64,000 nt of DNA from Deinococcota bacterium (GTDB taxonomy: Bacteria; Deinococcota; Deinococci; Deinococcales; Thermaceae), in the NCBI GenBank assembly GCA_041695225.1, contig JBGFRI010000005.1:42936-106935 (forward strand), written 5' to 3'. The position numbers and the translations under genes were made by a program. Under the pieces are notes generated by a model. The model did not search any database and was not told the DNA's origin. It saw only the letters and a program-made list of their open reading frames with translations. Below are positions 43,436 to 53,751 of the stretch, piece by piece (position 1 is the stretch's first letter; each line of letters starts with the position of its first letter).

Positions 43436-44353
43436 TTATCCCAGCTTCACCCTGGGGTCTAGCCAGGCATAGAGCAGATCGCCAAGTAGCTGCACGGTAA
43501 TGGCAAAGAAGGCCAGAAAAAGGGTTATGGCCTGCACCAGGGGAAAGTCGGCGTCCTGGATAGCGGTGTTGAGCAGACTGCCCAGGCCCGGCCAGGCGAA
43601 AATGGTCTCGATGTAGATAGAGCCGCCCAGCAGATAGGTAAACTGAATTCCCAGCACGCTAACTAGCGGAATGGTCACGTTTGGCAGCACGTGCTTGGTG
43701 GCGACCCAGAACTCATTCAGGCCCTTGCCCTTGGCAGTGCGAACAAAGTCCGAGCCGCGAACCTCGAGCACACTCGCACGCACCAGCCTTACCAGCTGCG
43801 AGAAGCCGGCCAGCCCCAGCGCCAGCGCGGGCAGAATTAGGGACGCGGGGTTGTCCCGGCCAAAGGAGGGCAGCCAGCCCAGCTCTACTGCAAACAGCAG
43901 GATTAGCAGCATTGCCAGCAGAAAACTTGGCACAACCTGGCCCGAGAAAGCCAGCCACTGTACCAGCCGGTCAGCCAGGGTTGCCGGCCTGAACCCCGCG
44001 ATAAGTCCCAACGGGACCGCCATGACCAGCACCAGTAACAGAGCTGCCAGGGCCAGCTCGAGGGTGACCGGTAAGCGCTGCCAGATTAGCTCGAGGTTGG
44101 GCTGCCGGGTACTAAGCGACAAGCCCAGATCACCCCGGACAAGGCTGGCCAGGTAGTTGTAAAACTGCTCCCACAAGTGCCCGTCCAGGCCCATCTCGGC
44201 CCGGAAAGCAGCGCGCTGTTCGGGGCCAGCTTCCTTGGGGAGCATCAGCGCTACCGGGTCGCCGGTGAGCCGCACCATGAAGAAGACCAGAAATAAAGCG
44301 CCCAGCATCAGCATTAGCGACTGTGCCAGGCGAAAGACGAGGTAGTGAATCAT
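43436..44353 (-). CDS. Dpp/Opp-family ABC permease (DppB-like)
   Basis: GDLGLS, RLPVTLEL, DFVRTAKGKGL and IETIFAWPGLG. Confidence 0.92.
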   Translation of the reverse strand: MIHYLVFRLAQSLMLMLGALFLVFFMVRLTGDPVALMLPKEAGPEQRAAFRAEMGLDGHLWEQFYNYLASLVRGDLGLSLSTRQPNLELIWQRLPVTLELALAALLLVLVMAVPLGLIAGFRPATLADRLVQWLAFSGQVVPSFLLAMLLILLFAVELGWLPSFGRDNPASLILPALALGLAGFSQLVRLVRASVLEVRGSDFVRTAKGKGLNEFWVATKHVLPNVTIPLVSVLGIQFTYLLGGSIYIETIFAWPGLGSLLNTAIQDADFPLVQAITLFLAFFAITVQLLGDLLYAWLDPRVKLG

Positions 44354-44380
44354 TGATAGGGTCTTGAGCTTACTCCCGGT

Positions 44381-45916
44381 TTAGCGCACACTTACTCCCT
44401 TGAGGAAAAACTCCTCGGCGGCGCGGGGGCGGTAGTTTTGAACTCGAGCATTAACTGCCTCGAAGACCACCAACTGGTATAGATACGCAAAGGGGGGCTC
44501 GTCGAACATGCGCCGCTGAATCTGGCGGTAGACGGCAGCGCGAGCGGTACGGTCAACGGTCGTGCTGGCCTGGGTAATCAGACGGTACAGCTCGGCGTCC
44601 TCCCAGGTGTTGAAGAAGGCTCCCGGGGTTAGTGCACCAATCAGGCGGGGCAGGGCTTCGCCCACCGTAGACGACCAGCTGTCTACATACATTGGCCCCA
44701 CCGCGCCATAGCGCTCCTGGCTCCAGAAGGCGGCGCTGGTTCTGAACTCGAGGGTGAGGTCAATTCCCACCCTGGCCAGGTCGCGCTGAATCGCCAGGCA
44801 GACCTCGTTGATGTGCACATAGGCATCGGCCGGGCAGCCCATGCTGATACTGAAGCCACGCTCGAACCCGGCCTGGGCCAGTAGCTGTCTGGCCCGCTCC
44901 GGATTAAAGGGGAAAGGCTGTATGCTGGCGTCAAAGCCCAGATTGCCCTCAACCACAAAGCCCGAGATGAGCCTGGCGTGCCCACCGAAGATGGCCTGGA
45001 TAATTCCCGGGCGGTTGATGGCATAGTTGATGGCCCGCCGCACCTCCACCCTTTCCAGGGGTGTTCCTCTGCCATTGCCCACATTCTTAAAACCGACGTA
45101 AAACACCCGGTCGTTGGGGTAGTTGATAACCCGGACCCGGGGGTTGTTCTGCAGAGGGGTTACCAGGCCGGAGGTCAGGCGAAGGGCAATATCTACCTCT
45201 CCAGTACGCACTGCGGCCACCCGGGTGGTAGCATCGGGGATTACCCGGAAGACAACCCGCGCCAGCCGGGGCAGGCCCGGTTCGAAGTAGTTAGCATTGG
45301 CCTCGAGGACGATCCGGTCTCCGGCCACACGGGAAAGAAAGCGGAAAGGCCCGGTGCCTACTGGGCGGGCGGCAAACCCGTCGAGCCCAACCTGTCTGAT
45401 GTAAACAGGGGGCACCATGGCCCAGTTGTTGGCAAGTATGTTGAGAAAAAGGGCGTTAGGAGCAGCTAGCACCAGGGTGACGCTGGTAGGAGAGTTGACC
45501 CGGACCTCTCTTACCAGGCTGTACATCTCGGCATATTCGTTAGACTCGTCGCGGCCTGTTTCCCAGGTAGCCACTACACTCTGGGCATCAAATAACTCTC
45601 CGTTGTGAAATCTGACCCCGGTCCGCAGGGTGAAGGTGAACTCTCTACCGTCTGGCGAAACGCTCCAGCGGGTAGCCAGGTCGGGCGCAATCTCACCCTG
45701 GTCGTTGACCCAGACCAGTGAGTTATACATCTGCCAGGCCACATTATGGGCGGTACGGTCGGGAGCACGTGGCACAAACAGGCTTCTGGGGTCGTTGGGC
45801 AGGGCTATGGTCAGCTGGCCGCTGGGGCGGGGCGCCGCGGTCTGGGCCATAACTGCCGGTGTCAGCAGCAGAACCATCCAAAGTAGAACCAGGTAAGGCT
45901 TGACGAACTGTGACAT
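44381..45916 (-). CDS. Dpp/Opp-family (family 5) substrate-binding protein
   Basis: Signal peptide; PDLATRWSVSPDG.EFTFTLRTGVRFHNG, PVGTGPF and VRRAINYAINR. Confidence 0.93.
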   Translation of the reverse strand: MSQFVKPYLVLLWMVLLLTPAVMAQTAAPRPSGQLTIALPNDPRSLFVPRAPDRTAHNVAWQMYNSLVWVNDQGEIAPDLATRWSVSPDGREFTFTLRTGVRFHNGELFDAQSVVATWETGRDESNEYAEMYSLVREVRVNSPTSVTLVLAAPNALFLNILANNWAMVPPVYIRQVGLDGFAARPVGTGPFRFLSRVAGDRIVLEANANYFEPGLPRLARVVFRVIPDATTRVAAVRTGEVDIALRLTSGLVTPLQNNPRVRVINYPNDRVFYVGFKNVGNGRGTPLERVEVRRAINYAINRPGIIQAIFGGHARLISGFVVEGNLGFDASIQPFPFNPERARQLLAQAGFERGFSISMGCPADAYVHINEVCLAIQRDLARVGIDLTLEFRTSAAFWSQERYGAVGPMYVDSWSSTVGEALPRLIGALTPGAFFNTWEDAELYRLITQASTTVDRTARAAVYRQIQRRMFDEPPFAYLYQLVVFEAVNARVQNYRPRAAEEFFLKGVSVR

Positions 45917-46069
45917 ATTTTCTCCTCTAAAAAAGCAGATTAACGGCTCAACTCAGTAAACCTAGTGGAAGTCTTGCGGGCCAGCGTCAGGAGATTTTCA
46001 TCTCCTAGCCAATCTTCAAATGACACGAGAAATTTGTCTGTCTGGAAAACGCCTCACACCCGTTTGAGC

Positions 46070-46100
46070 TGACCCCGGCCTGACAGCAGCTCTCTAATCT
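46070..46100 (+). promoter_or_regulatory. Putative Pho-box promoter; leaderless phnC (set 2)
   Basis: TGACC-N6-TGACA-N9-TAATCT, 6 nt before ATG 46107, with no RBS. Confidence 0.65.
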
Positions 46101-46106
46101 ACGCTC

Positions 46107-46907
46107 ATGACTCAGCCCTTCATCCGGTTAGAGCAGGTGACTCAGCGCTTTGGCAACGGTACGGTAGCGCTCTCTGATATCAATCTGGACTTCTGCACCG
46201 ACCGCTTTGCGGTACTGATTGGCCCTTCGGGGGCAGGAAAGTCTACTCTGATGCGCCTGCTTAATGGGCTGCTGCGTCCAACCCAGGGCCGCGTGTTTTT
46301 GGGCGATCTGGAGCTTTCCCGGGCTTCCGAGGCCAGGGTGCGTCAGGCCCGGCGTCAGATTGGCATGGTCTTTCAGCAGTTCAATCTGGTCAAGCGCCTC
46401 ACCGCGCTGGAAAATGTGCTGACGGGCCGGCTGGGGTATATGAACCCACTGGCCTCGAGCCTCAAGCTGTATAGGCGTAGCGACCGCGAGCTGGCCATGT
46501 TTCTACTCGAGCGGGTGGGCCTGGCCGACCAGGCCTGGCAGCGGGCCGACACCCTCTCGGGGGGCCAGCAGCAGCGGGTGGGCATCGCCCGGGCCTTAGC
46601 CCAGGAGCCGCGCCTGATTCTGGCCGATGAGCCGATCTCGGCCCTGGACCCCAAGAGCGCAGAGCAGGTGATGGAGATCCTGCGCGATATCCAGAGCCAG
46701 GACGGCATCGCGGTAATCTGCAACCTGCACCACCTCGAGACCGTGCGCCACTACGCCGACCGGGTAGTAGCGCTCAAACGGGGCCGGGTGGTCTTCGACG
46801 GCCCAGCTGCCGGGCTGGACTCCGAGGTCTCCCACTCGCTTTACTACGACGAGACTACCCAAGCAGAGCAAGTACCCGCACTTACGCCGCAGTTCAGCCC
46901 AGCGTAA
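46107..46907 (+). CDS. phnC: Phosphonate ABC transporter ATP-binding protein, set 2
   Basis: Paralog of 39387-40214 with the same motifs. Confidence 0.93.
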   Translation: MTQPFIRLEQVTQRFGNGTVALSDINLDFCTDRFAVLIGPSGAGKSTLMRLLNGLLRPTQGRVFLGDLELSRASEARVRQARRQIGMVFQQFNLVKRLTALENVLTGRLGYMNPLASSLKLYRRSDRELAMFLLERVGLADQAWQRADTLSGGQQQRVGIARALAQEPRLILADEPISALDPKSAEQVMEILRDIQSQDGIAVICNLHHLETVRHYADRVVALKRGRVVFDGPAAGLDSEVSHSLYYDETTQAEQVPALTPQFSPA

Positions 46908-46968
46908 GCCCGGCCAATACTGGGGCCTGACAAATCAGCTTTAGCTTGAGCATTGGGAGGAGATTCTG

Positions 46969-47853
46969 ATGAAAAATATGCTTGTTCTGTTACTGGCTTT
47001 GGTACTCTCTTCGATGGCCCTGGCCCAGGCAGTAGACCGCACCGGCTGGCCCCGCGAGATCACTTTTGCCACCGTACCTACCGAGACCGTCCGCGACGCC
47101 ACCCTGCGCTGGCAGCCCTTCATTGACCATCTGCAGCAGCGGCTGGGTGTCCGGGTGGTCTTCCGTCCCGGCGCCGATTATGCCGCAGTGACCATCGCCA
47201 TGGCCAACCGCCAGGTAGATGTGGCCTATTTTGGCCCGGCCTCCTACCTCGACGCCGTAACCCAGGCCGGCGCCCAGGCCTTCGCCAAAGAAGACTCGGT
47301 CACCGGAGGAGACGGGTACTACAGCCTGATTATTGCCCGGCGCGGCGGCCCCATCCGCACCCTGGCCGACGCCCGGGGCCAGCCTTTCGCCTTTGTGGAC
47401 GTTGGCTCTACCTCTGGCTTTAGGGTACCCATGCACGACTTCTGCACCCGGCTCAATATCGAGCCCACCCAGTACTTTAGCCGGATCTTTTTTGCCGGTA
47501 CTCACCAGAACGTGATTCTGGGGGTTGCCAACGGCACCATCCCGGTAGGCGCCACCTTCGACCTAGGGGTCATCGCCGCTACCCGCGAAGGCCGGATCAG
47601 GGGGCTGGAGCAAGAGTTTTATGTTCTGCACCGCTCGGCCAGAATTCCTTCCTCACCCCTGGCCTACCGCCGCGACCTGCCCGCAACCCTCAGGCGTGAG
47701 ATTCAGCGGGCCATCCTGGAGTTCAACAACCCCGAGTGGTTTGCTGGGCTGGGGCTGCGGCGCTTTGTGGCTGCCACCCCAGAAGAGTACGAGTCCTTCC
47801 GGCCAGTGGTCGCCTTCCGCACATCCACCTGCCCGCCGCGCAGAGCCCCATGA
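46969..47853 (+). CDS. phnD: Phosphate/phosphite/phosphonate-binding protein, set 2
   Basis: Signal peptide; ADYAAV, DVGSTSGFRVP and FAGTH. Confidence 0.92.
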   Translation: MKNMLVLLLALVLSSMALAQAVDRTGWPREITFATVPTETVRDATLRWQPFIDHLQQRLGVRVVFRPGADYAAVTIAMANRQVDVAYFGPASYLDAVTQAGAQAFAKEDSVTGGDGYYSLIIARRGGPIRTLADARGQPFAFVDVGSTSGFRVPMHDFCTRLNIEPTQYFSRIFFAGTHQNVILGVANGTIPVGATFDLGVIAATREGRIRGLEQEFYVLHRSARIPSSPLAYRRDLPATLRREIQRAILEFNNPEWFAGLGLRRFVAATPEEYESFRPVVAFRTSTCPPRRAP

Positions 47854-48674
47854 CCCGTACTAGCGCCCCCATCAACCCACCTTCAGCAGTCAGAACCCGG
47901 ATCCTCTGGAACCGGGTTCTGTGGCTTGGCATCCTGGGCATTCTGGTCTGGGCCAGTTTTGGCACCGAGATCAGCCCCCAGCGTCTTTTGGATGGGCTGG
48001 AGCGTAGCTGGCTACTTATTGTGGGAGACCCCGCGCGCCCGGGCAGCGGCTTTTTCCCTCCCGACACCTCGCGCCTGGCCGAGTACGTGAACGAGATGAT
48101 CATCACCGTCAAGATGGCCATCTGGGGCACCGCCCTGGCGCTGCCGCTGGCCCTGCCGCTGGCCATAATGGGCGCGGTGAACACCAGCCCGCACCCCCTG
48201 TTCTACCAGTTCTTCCGCCGGATTTCCGATTTTTTGCGGGGCCTCAACGAGTTTGTGCTGGCCTTGATTTTTGTAGCGGCGGTGGGGCTGGGGCCTTTTC
48301 CGGGGATTCTGGCCCTGGCCCTCTATACCGCCGGGGTGCTGGCCAAGCTCTTTTCCGAGGCCATCGAGGTGGTAGACCCCGGCCAGGTCGAAGCAGTGCG
48401 GGCCACCGGGGCCAACGGCCTGCAGGTCTTTACCCACGGGGTCTGGCCGCAGGTTGTTCCTACCGTGATCTCCATGACCCTTTACCGTTTTGAGTCCAAT
48501 GTGCGAGCCGCTACCGTGCTGGGCCTGGTGGGGGCTGGCGGGATTGGGCTCTTTCTGACCGAGGCCATGCGCTCCTTCAATTTCCAGGCCGCCACCACGG
48601 TAATCCTGGTAATCCTGGTAGCGGTAATTAGCGTGGACTACCTGAGCGCCAAAATCCGGCAGCGCCTGACCTGA
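47850..48674 (+). CDS. phnE: Phosphonate ABC transporter permease, set 2
   Basis: GLGPFPG, KLFSEAIE and YRFESNVRAATVLGLVGAGGIG; ATGA overlap with phnD. Confidence 0.94.
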   Translation: MTRTSAPINPPSAVRTRILWNRVLWLGILGILVWASFGTEISPQRLLDGLERSWLLIVGDPARPGSGFFPPDTSRLAEYVNEMIITVKMAIWGTALALPLALPLAIMGAVNTSPHPLFYQFFRRISDFLRGLNEFVLALIFVAAVGLGPFPGILALALYTAGVLAKLFSEAIEVVDPGQVEAVRATGANGLQVFTHGVWPQVVPTVISMTLYRFESNVRAATVLGLVGAGGIGLFLTEAMRSFNFQAATTVILVILVAVISVDYLSAKIRQRLT

Positions 48675-48675
48675 T

Positions 48676-49839
48676 ATGTGGCTTACCAATCTGCAAATTG
48701 TCCTTCCCGAGGGTGTAATCGAGACCGGCTCGTTACGCCTCGAGGGTGAACTCATCGCCGAAGTCTTGGAGGGGGACGTGTCGGGCGGTCTGGACTGCGG
48801 TGGCCTGACCGCCATTCCCGGCATTGTGGATGTGCATGGGGATATGCTCGAGCGCGAGCTGCAGCCCCGCCCCGGCAGCCATTTTCCCTTCGAGCTGGCC
48901 CTGCACGAACTCGACAAGCGCCTGGTCTCCAACGGCATCACCACCGCCTACGCGGCCATCTCCTTTATCGAGGGCTGGAAGTACCGTGGCCCCGAGGAGG
49001 GCCTGGCCATCATCCACCAGATTCACCGCTACCGCCATACCCTGCTGAGCGAGCTACGGGTACACGCCCGCTTCGAGGTGACCACCCCCAGCGCCGCGCC
49101 GATCCTGCGAGAAGCGGTAGGCCAGGGTGAGATACACCTGGTCTCGCTGATGGACCACTCCCCCGGCCAGGGCCAGTTCCGTGACCTCGAGCAGTATGTG
49201 GCCTACTACCGCAAATGGATTGGGGCGAGCCCAGAACAAGACGAACAGATCCGGGCCAGGGCCGCCAAACTACGGGATGCCCCTTCGGCCTGGCCCATCG
49301 CCCAGGAGGTCTGCGCGGTAGCCCAGGCCTCGGGGGTGCCGCTGGCCTCGCACGACGACGACACCGCCAAAAAGGTGGCTCTAATGTCCGGTCTGGGCGT
49401 TAGTATCAGCGAGTTTCCGGTTAGCCTCGAGGCCGCTGCCGAGGCCAAGCAGCGCGGTATGTGGGTGGTGATGGGCGCACCCAACGCCTTCCGGGGCGGC
49501 TCGCACTCGGGCAACCTGAGTGCTCTGGAAGGAATCCAGGCCGGTCTGGTAGACGGGCTGGCCGCCGACTACCACCCTTCCTCGCTGCTCCAGAGCGCCT
49601 TCAAGCTGGCTGCCGAGGGAGTGCTGCCCCTCGAGCGGGCCGTGGGGCTGGTCTCGCAGAACCCCGCAGCCATGACGGGCCTGCACGACCGGGGGCGGCT
49701 AGAAGCAGGGCTGCGAGCCGACCTTGCCCTGGTAGAAGTGGGCAGCTATGCCCGGGTTCGGGCCACCCTGCGGGCTGGCCGCCTGGTCTACAGCGACGGC
49801 GCCCTTGGGCTGCCCAGCCGGAATGTTCTGCCCGGTTAG
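48676..49839 (+). CDS. phnM: PhnM, copy 2
   Basis: PGIVDVHGD, DHSPGQGQFRD, ASHDDDT and MGAPNAFRGGSHSGN. Confidence 0.95.
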   Translation: MWLTNLQIVLPEGVIETGSLRLEGELIAEVLEGDVSGGLDCGGLTAIPGIVDVHGDMLERELQPRPGSHFPFELALHELDKRLVSNGITTAYAAISFIEGWKYRGPEEGLAIIHQIHRYRHTLLSELRVHARFEVTTPSAAPILREAVGQGEIHLVSLMDHSPGQGQFRDLEQYVAYYRKWIGASPEQDEQIRARAAKLRDAPSAWPIAQEVCAVAQASGVPLASHDDDTAKKVALMSGLGVSISEFPVSLEAAAEAKQRGMWVVMGAPNAFRGGSHSGNLSALEGIQAGLVDGLAADYHPSSLLQSAFKLAAEGVLPLERAVGLVSQNPAAMTGLHDRGRLEAGLRADLALVEVGSYARVRATLRAGRLVYSDGALGLPSRNVLPG

Positions 49840-50030
49840 GGGTCTTTTGGGCCGCCCCAAACAATGCTTGCTAGAGGAAAAGTTGATAGTTTTCTGTGGC
49901 CTCTCCAAGAAGGGAGTACAGGCGCGTCGTCATTGCAGAAACCATAGATTAATCACCCTCGTCTTCGACCACTCCGTTGATTAATCCATACAGACCACGC
50001 CCTCGGTCAAGTTGCGTTTATGCCATCCTG

Positions 50031-50064
50031 GATTGCTTCGTCGGCTTGCAGCCTCCTCGCAATG
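50031..50064 (-). repeat. REP unit (GTCATTGCGAG family)
   Basis: gattgcttcgtcggcttgcagcctcctcgcaatg. Confidence 0.75.
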
Positions 50065-50151
50065 CGAGTGGCTTAGAGCCTTTGACGCTATGTCCCTCCT
50101 CCTCTTTATTCTCTACCTCTATGCGAGGTTCTTCCTTTATATGACAAAGGA

Positions 50152-50228
50152 AGCTGATAGCCGATAGCTGAGCGCTCATAGCAAAAACCGCTTTTAGCTA
50201 TCCGCTATAAGCTATGAACTATTAGCCA
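50152..50228. repeat. Inverted pair of heptamer tandem arrays
   Basis: agctgat agccgat agctgag cgctcat ... ttagcta tccgcta taagcta tgaacta ttagcca. Confidence 0.65.
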
Positions 50229-50302
50229 TCTGAGGGGCCTGCGGTCTCCCAGGGAAGGCCTCGAGCTTGCCAGCCGCTACACCTTGGGTAGACTTTAGCT
50301 GG

Positions 50303-50722
50303 ATGGATATTCCCTTTCCGGTCTACCTGATTGGACTGCGCGGCCTGCTAAACCTGGTTGCGCTGATCCTGATTGGGGTATCGCTGTTAGTCAACCTGCG
50401 GCTACTGGTGCAGGAGCCCAGACCCCAGCAGTTGCGCTTCTTTGGCTTCGTCACCAACTTGGTCATGATTGCGCTCATTTTCGAGCTGATAATTCGCACC
50501 CTATTTATGGGCGGGGTGATCTGGCTCAGCGCCCTTTATGGCCTCATGGTGGCAATGATCTTCTGGGCAGTAGGGGGCTTGAAACCCGAGGGCTGGCTGG
50601 TCAAAAGCCTGCGCAGGCCGCCTGAACGGGTCGGGCCTTATTTTTTCTGGGCCAGTTTTGTGAGCTTGCTGCTCTGGTGGCGGTATATCGAGACTGGAAT
50701 TGTGCGGGCTACTGGCCCGTGA
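50303..50722 (+). CDS. Hypothetical membrane protein
   Basis: Four hydrophobic segments; start uncertain (ORF opens at 50267). Confidence 0.7.
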   Translation: MDIPFPVYLIGLRGLLNLVALILIGVSLLVNLRLLVQEPRPQQLRFFGFVTNLVMIALIFELIIRTLFMGGVIWLSALYGLMVAMIFWAVGGLKPEGWLVKSLRRPPERVGPYFFWASFVSLLLWWRYIETGIVRATGP

Positions 50723-51854
50723 GCCTCGAGTGAATGTCCAAAGCGATGCGCCGAGCAGCCCCTGGCTCGCCCATAGCGGCTTTTCCGGCGGCCCTGGCCT
50801 TCTGGCGCAACTCTTCTGAGGAAATAAATTCGCGCACCCCCTTTGCGATAGCCTCGGGGTCTGGCTCGGTGAGCAGCAGGGCATCTCCCAGTAGCTGCTT
50901 CTGCCGCTGGGCAAAAGCAAGAGTGTACTGCGGCCCCCCAGTCGGGAAAGCCACCACCGGAACGCCGTAACCAGCGGCCTGCTCGGCTGCGGTTCCGCTG
51001 GTGGAGATGGCTGCCCGGGAGCCCAGCAAGACTGTCTTGAAGGCTTTCTGGGCCAGATGCACCACCGTTCCGTCGGGGTGAGTAAAAAGGTGGGTCAGAC
51101 CCTCCTTGGCACCGGTATCCTCCAGACACCAGCCTTCCACCGCAGCCAGGGGCAGACCGGCCCAGGCCACCACTGGTGTCAGGCCCAGGGATTTTAGCTC
51201 TCGGCTGGCCTCGAGCATTATGGGCAGGCTCTGATAGGCGTCGCTGCGCGAACCCGGCAGCAGCAGCAAGTAAGGCGGTTCGACCCCGATGGGCACACCC
51301 TCAAGCGCATCCAGCATGGGGTTACCAAGGTACTCCGCGCCCGGCACCCCGTTACGCCGGAGCCAGTCGGCCCCTTCGGCCTCGCGGGGGTAAACCCCCA
51401 CTGCCCGGCGCATCAGGAAGCGCTCGAGCGCACTGTAGGGCCGGCGAAAACTATCGCACTGCCAGACCCGTACCGAGACCAGGCACTGCATCTGAAACAG
51501 CGGAGGTTTGCCAAAGACACTACCCACCAGGATGCCGTAGATGTCGCCCACTACCAGGGTAGCCACGGCCCGGCGGGCGGCCCGCCGCACCGCCTTATAC
51601 TGTGCCAGACTCATGGAGAGCCAGCCTGCTTTCAAGTCGTGCCAGAAAGCCGCTGGTCGGTCTAACACAAATCCGCCGGAAGGCAATTCCTTGCGCGGGC
51701 CCAGGGGCTCAACACCCGTGCTCCGATACGCAGTACCCTTGCCAACCAGCGGTACCGCCTGCACCCCATAGCCCAGCGCCATCAGCTCCCTGGCCATGGC
51801 GGCCCCGATGATATCCTCGCCGTGCCCGTTGGATATGATCACAATATTCTTCAT
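50709..51854 (-). CDS. Lipid-A-disaccharide synthase-related protein (GT-B fold)
   Basis: ISNGHGEDIIG, LPSGGF, VVGD, GNPMLD, LLPGSR and GTAAEQAAGYGVP. Confidence 0.85.
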   Translation of the reverse strand: MKNIVIISNGHGEDIIGAAMARELMALGYGVQAVPLVGKGTAYRSTGVEPLGPRKELPSGGFVLDRPAAFWHDLKAGWLSMSLAQYKAVRRAARRAVATLVVGDIYGILVGSVFGKPPLFQMQCLVSVRVWQCDSFRRPYSALERFLMRRAVGVYPREAEGADWLRRNGVPGAEYLGNPMLDALEGVPIGVEPPYLLLLPGSRSDAYQSLPIMLEASRELKSLGLTPVVAWAGLPLAAVEGWCLEDTGAKEGLTHLFTHPDGTVVHLAQKAFKTVLLGSRAAISTSGTAAEQAAGYGVPVVAFPTGGPQYTLAFAQRQKQLLGDALLLTEPDPEAIAKGVREFISSEELRQKARAAGKAAMGEPGAARRIALDIHSRLTGQ

Positions 51855-52879
51855 GATGCCTGGGTTAGCCTGACCAGTCGCTCTAATAACTCTAGCCCTG
51901 CACCCTGGTCCAACAGTTGCTGGGCAAGCTGCACCCCCTCGGCGATGCTCTCGGCCCTGCCCGCCAGGTAGAAAGCCGCGCCTGCGTTCAGCGCTACTGC
52001 GTCACGCTTGGCCCCCTGCTGCTGGCCGGCCAGGATGGCCCGGGCCTCGAGTGCGTTCTGGGCAGCGGTGCCCCCGCCGACTGCTTCATAGGGAGCTGGC
52101 TGGAGTCCCACCATCTCCGGTGTAAGTGTGTAGGATTTGACCTGGCCACCCCGCAATTCTGCCACCTGGTTCTGGCCAAGGACCAGTTCGTCTATGGCCT
52201 CGAGCCGCCCCCCACGCTCCATCTGCCCGTGCACCACCAGGGCCCGTTCAGAGCCCAGGTTGTGCAGCACTCTAGCAAAAGGTTCCACCAGCCCCGGGCT
52301 GCTCACCCCCACCAGGTTAAGGGTGGCCAGGGCCGGGTTGGTGAGCGGCCCCAGCAGGTTAAAGACTGTACGCACCCCCAGCTCGGCCCGCACCGGGGCC
52401 ACGTGGCGCATGGCCGGGTGGTGGTTGCGGGCAAAGAGGAAGCCCAGTCCGAGGGTTTCGATGGCCTCGGTTACTCTGGCAACTGGAAGGTCAATTTTGA
52501 TGCCCAGAGCCTCGAGCAGATCAAACGAGCCCGACTTAGAAGAAGCCGCCCGGTTGCCGTGCTTGGCAACCGGCACGCCCCCCGCCGCGACCACGAAGCA
52601 GGTGGTAGTAGAGATGTTGAAGGCCTCGGGCGCAACCCCGCCGGTGCCTACAATGTCCAGCAGCGGCTGACGGCTGGTCTTGACCCGCACGGCTGCCTCG
52701 CGCATCCCAGCGGCAAAACCGGTTATCTCCTCGAGGGTCTCGCCCCTGGTGCGCAGAGTCATCAAAACTCCCGCGGTCTGGATGGGGGTCAGGTCGCCAC
52801 CCATTATGCGGTTCATCAGCGCCTGGGCCTCGGTTCGAGATAAGGTCTCGCCGGACAGGACCCTCCTCAGATCGTCCAT
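51851..52879 (-). CDS. trpD: Anthranilate phosphoribosyltransferase
   Basis: DIVGTGG, FNIST, KHGNRAASSKSGS and RTVFNLLGPLTNP; ATG 52879. Confidence 0.97.
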   Translation of the reverse strand: MDDLRRVLSGETLSRTEAQALMNRIMGGDLTPIQTAGVLMTLRTRGETLEEITGFAAGMREAAVRVKTSRQPLLDIVGTGGVAPEAFNISTTTCFVVAAGGVPVAKHGNRAASSKSGSFDLLEALGIKIDLPVARVTEAIETLGLGFLFARNHHPAMRHVAPVRAELGVRTVFNLLGPLTNPALATLNLVGVSSPGLVEPFARVLHNLGSERALVVHGQMERGGRLEAIDELVLGQNQVAELRGGQVKSYTLTPEMVGLQPAPYEAVGGGTAAQNALEARAILAGQQQGAKRDAVALNAGAAFYLAGRAESIAEGVQLAQQLLDQGAGLELLERLVRLTQAS

Positions 52880-53751
52880 TGTTCCTCCCGAATGGGCCGA
52901 ATGGGCAGCCGCCAGCCGCTCAGGACCCCCCGCCAAAGCGCACCCACGCTGGCCCAGCGACGGCGCAGGCTGTACTCGAGCGTCCAGAACAGGGTGTAAC
53001 CCGCCACCGCCAGGTACGAGTTGGGCGCGTGCTTGCGGAACAGGAGGGTGTTGTTAACAGCAAGTTGTTCGTCGGAGTTTAAACTCGACCCTTGCCAGGA
53101 AGTGCCCCCCTTGTGTAATACCCTAGACTGTGGCGCCACCACCAGCTTGAACCCGTTTTTCCTGATACGCAACCCCATATCAACGTCCTCACCATACATG
53201 AAAAAACCCTCATCAAGCAGCCCAACTCGCCTTAGAGCAGCCCTCCGCAGTAGCAGGCTGGCCCCGCTAATGAAGTTCAGGCGTCGAAATTGGTTTGGAC
53301 TAGTCAACAGGCGGATCAAGCCCCAGCGCAGTACCGCCTCACCCCCACCCCAGGCCTGCACCTGTCCGGGTCTATCCATCTCGTAGAGCACCGAACCCAC
53401 CGCCCCAATCTGGCTATCCTGTTTTGCTAAGCCCACCATGTACCTGAGCGCAGCCGGGTCAGGCAGGGTATCGGGGTTGAGCAGCCAGATGTACTCGGCT
53501 CCCTCGTCCACAGCACGTCTTATGCCCACGTTGTTCCCGCCAGCAAAACCCAGATTGCGCTCGAGCTTCACCAGCTCCACCGCAGGAAAAGCCGCCCGAA
53601 TCTGGGCTACCGAATCGTTTTCCGAAGCGTTGTCCAGCACCAGCACCCGGCAGTTGGCATACTCGAGCCTTTTTAGCGCCTCCAGGCAGGCCACGGTATC
53701 GCGCCAGGCCCGGTAGTTGAGTATCAGGATATACACCAGGGGTTCACTCAA
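52867..53751 (-). CDS. Glycosyltransferase family 2 (rhamnosyltransferase-like)
   Basis: ILNY, LDNAS, NLGFAGGNN, LLNPD and FFMYGEDVD; TTG start overlapping the upstream stop. Confidence 0.92.
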   Translation of the reverse strand: MSEPLVYILILNYRAWRDTVACLEALKRLEYANCRVLVLDNASENDSVAQIRAAFPAVELVKLERNLGFAGGNNVGIRRAVDEGAEYIWLLNPDTLPDPAALRYMVGLAKQDSQIGAVGSVLYEMDRPGQVQAWGGGEAVLRWGLIRLLTSPNQFRRLNFISGASLLLRRAALRRVGLLDEGFFMYGEDVDMGLRIRKNGFKLVVAPQSRVLHKGGTSWQGSSLNSDEQLAVNNTLLFRKHAPNSYLAVAGYTLFWTLEYSLRRRWASVGALWRGVLSGWRLPIRPIREEQWTI

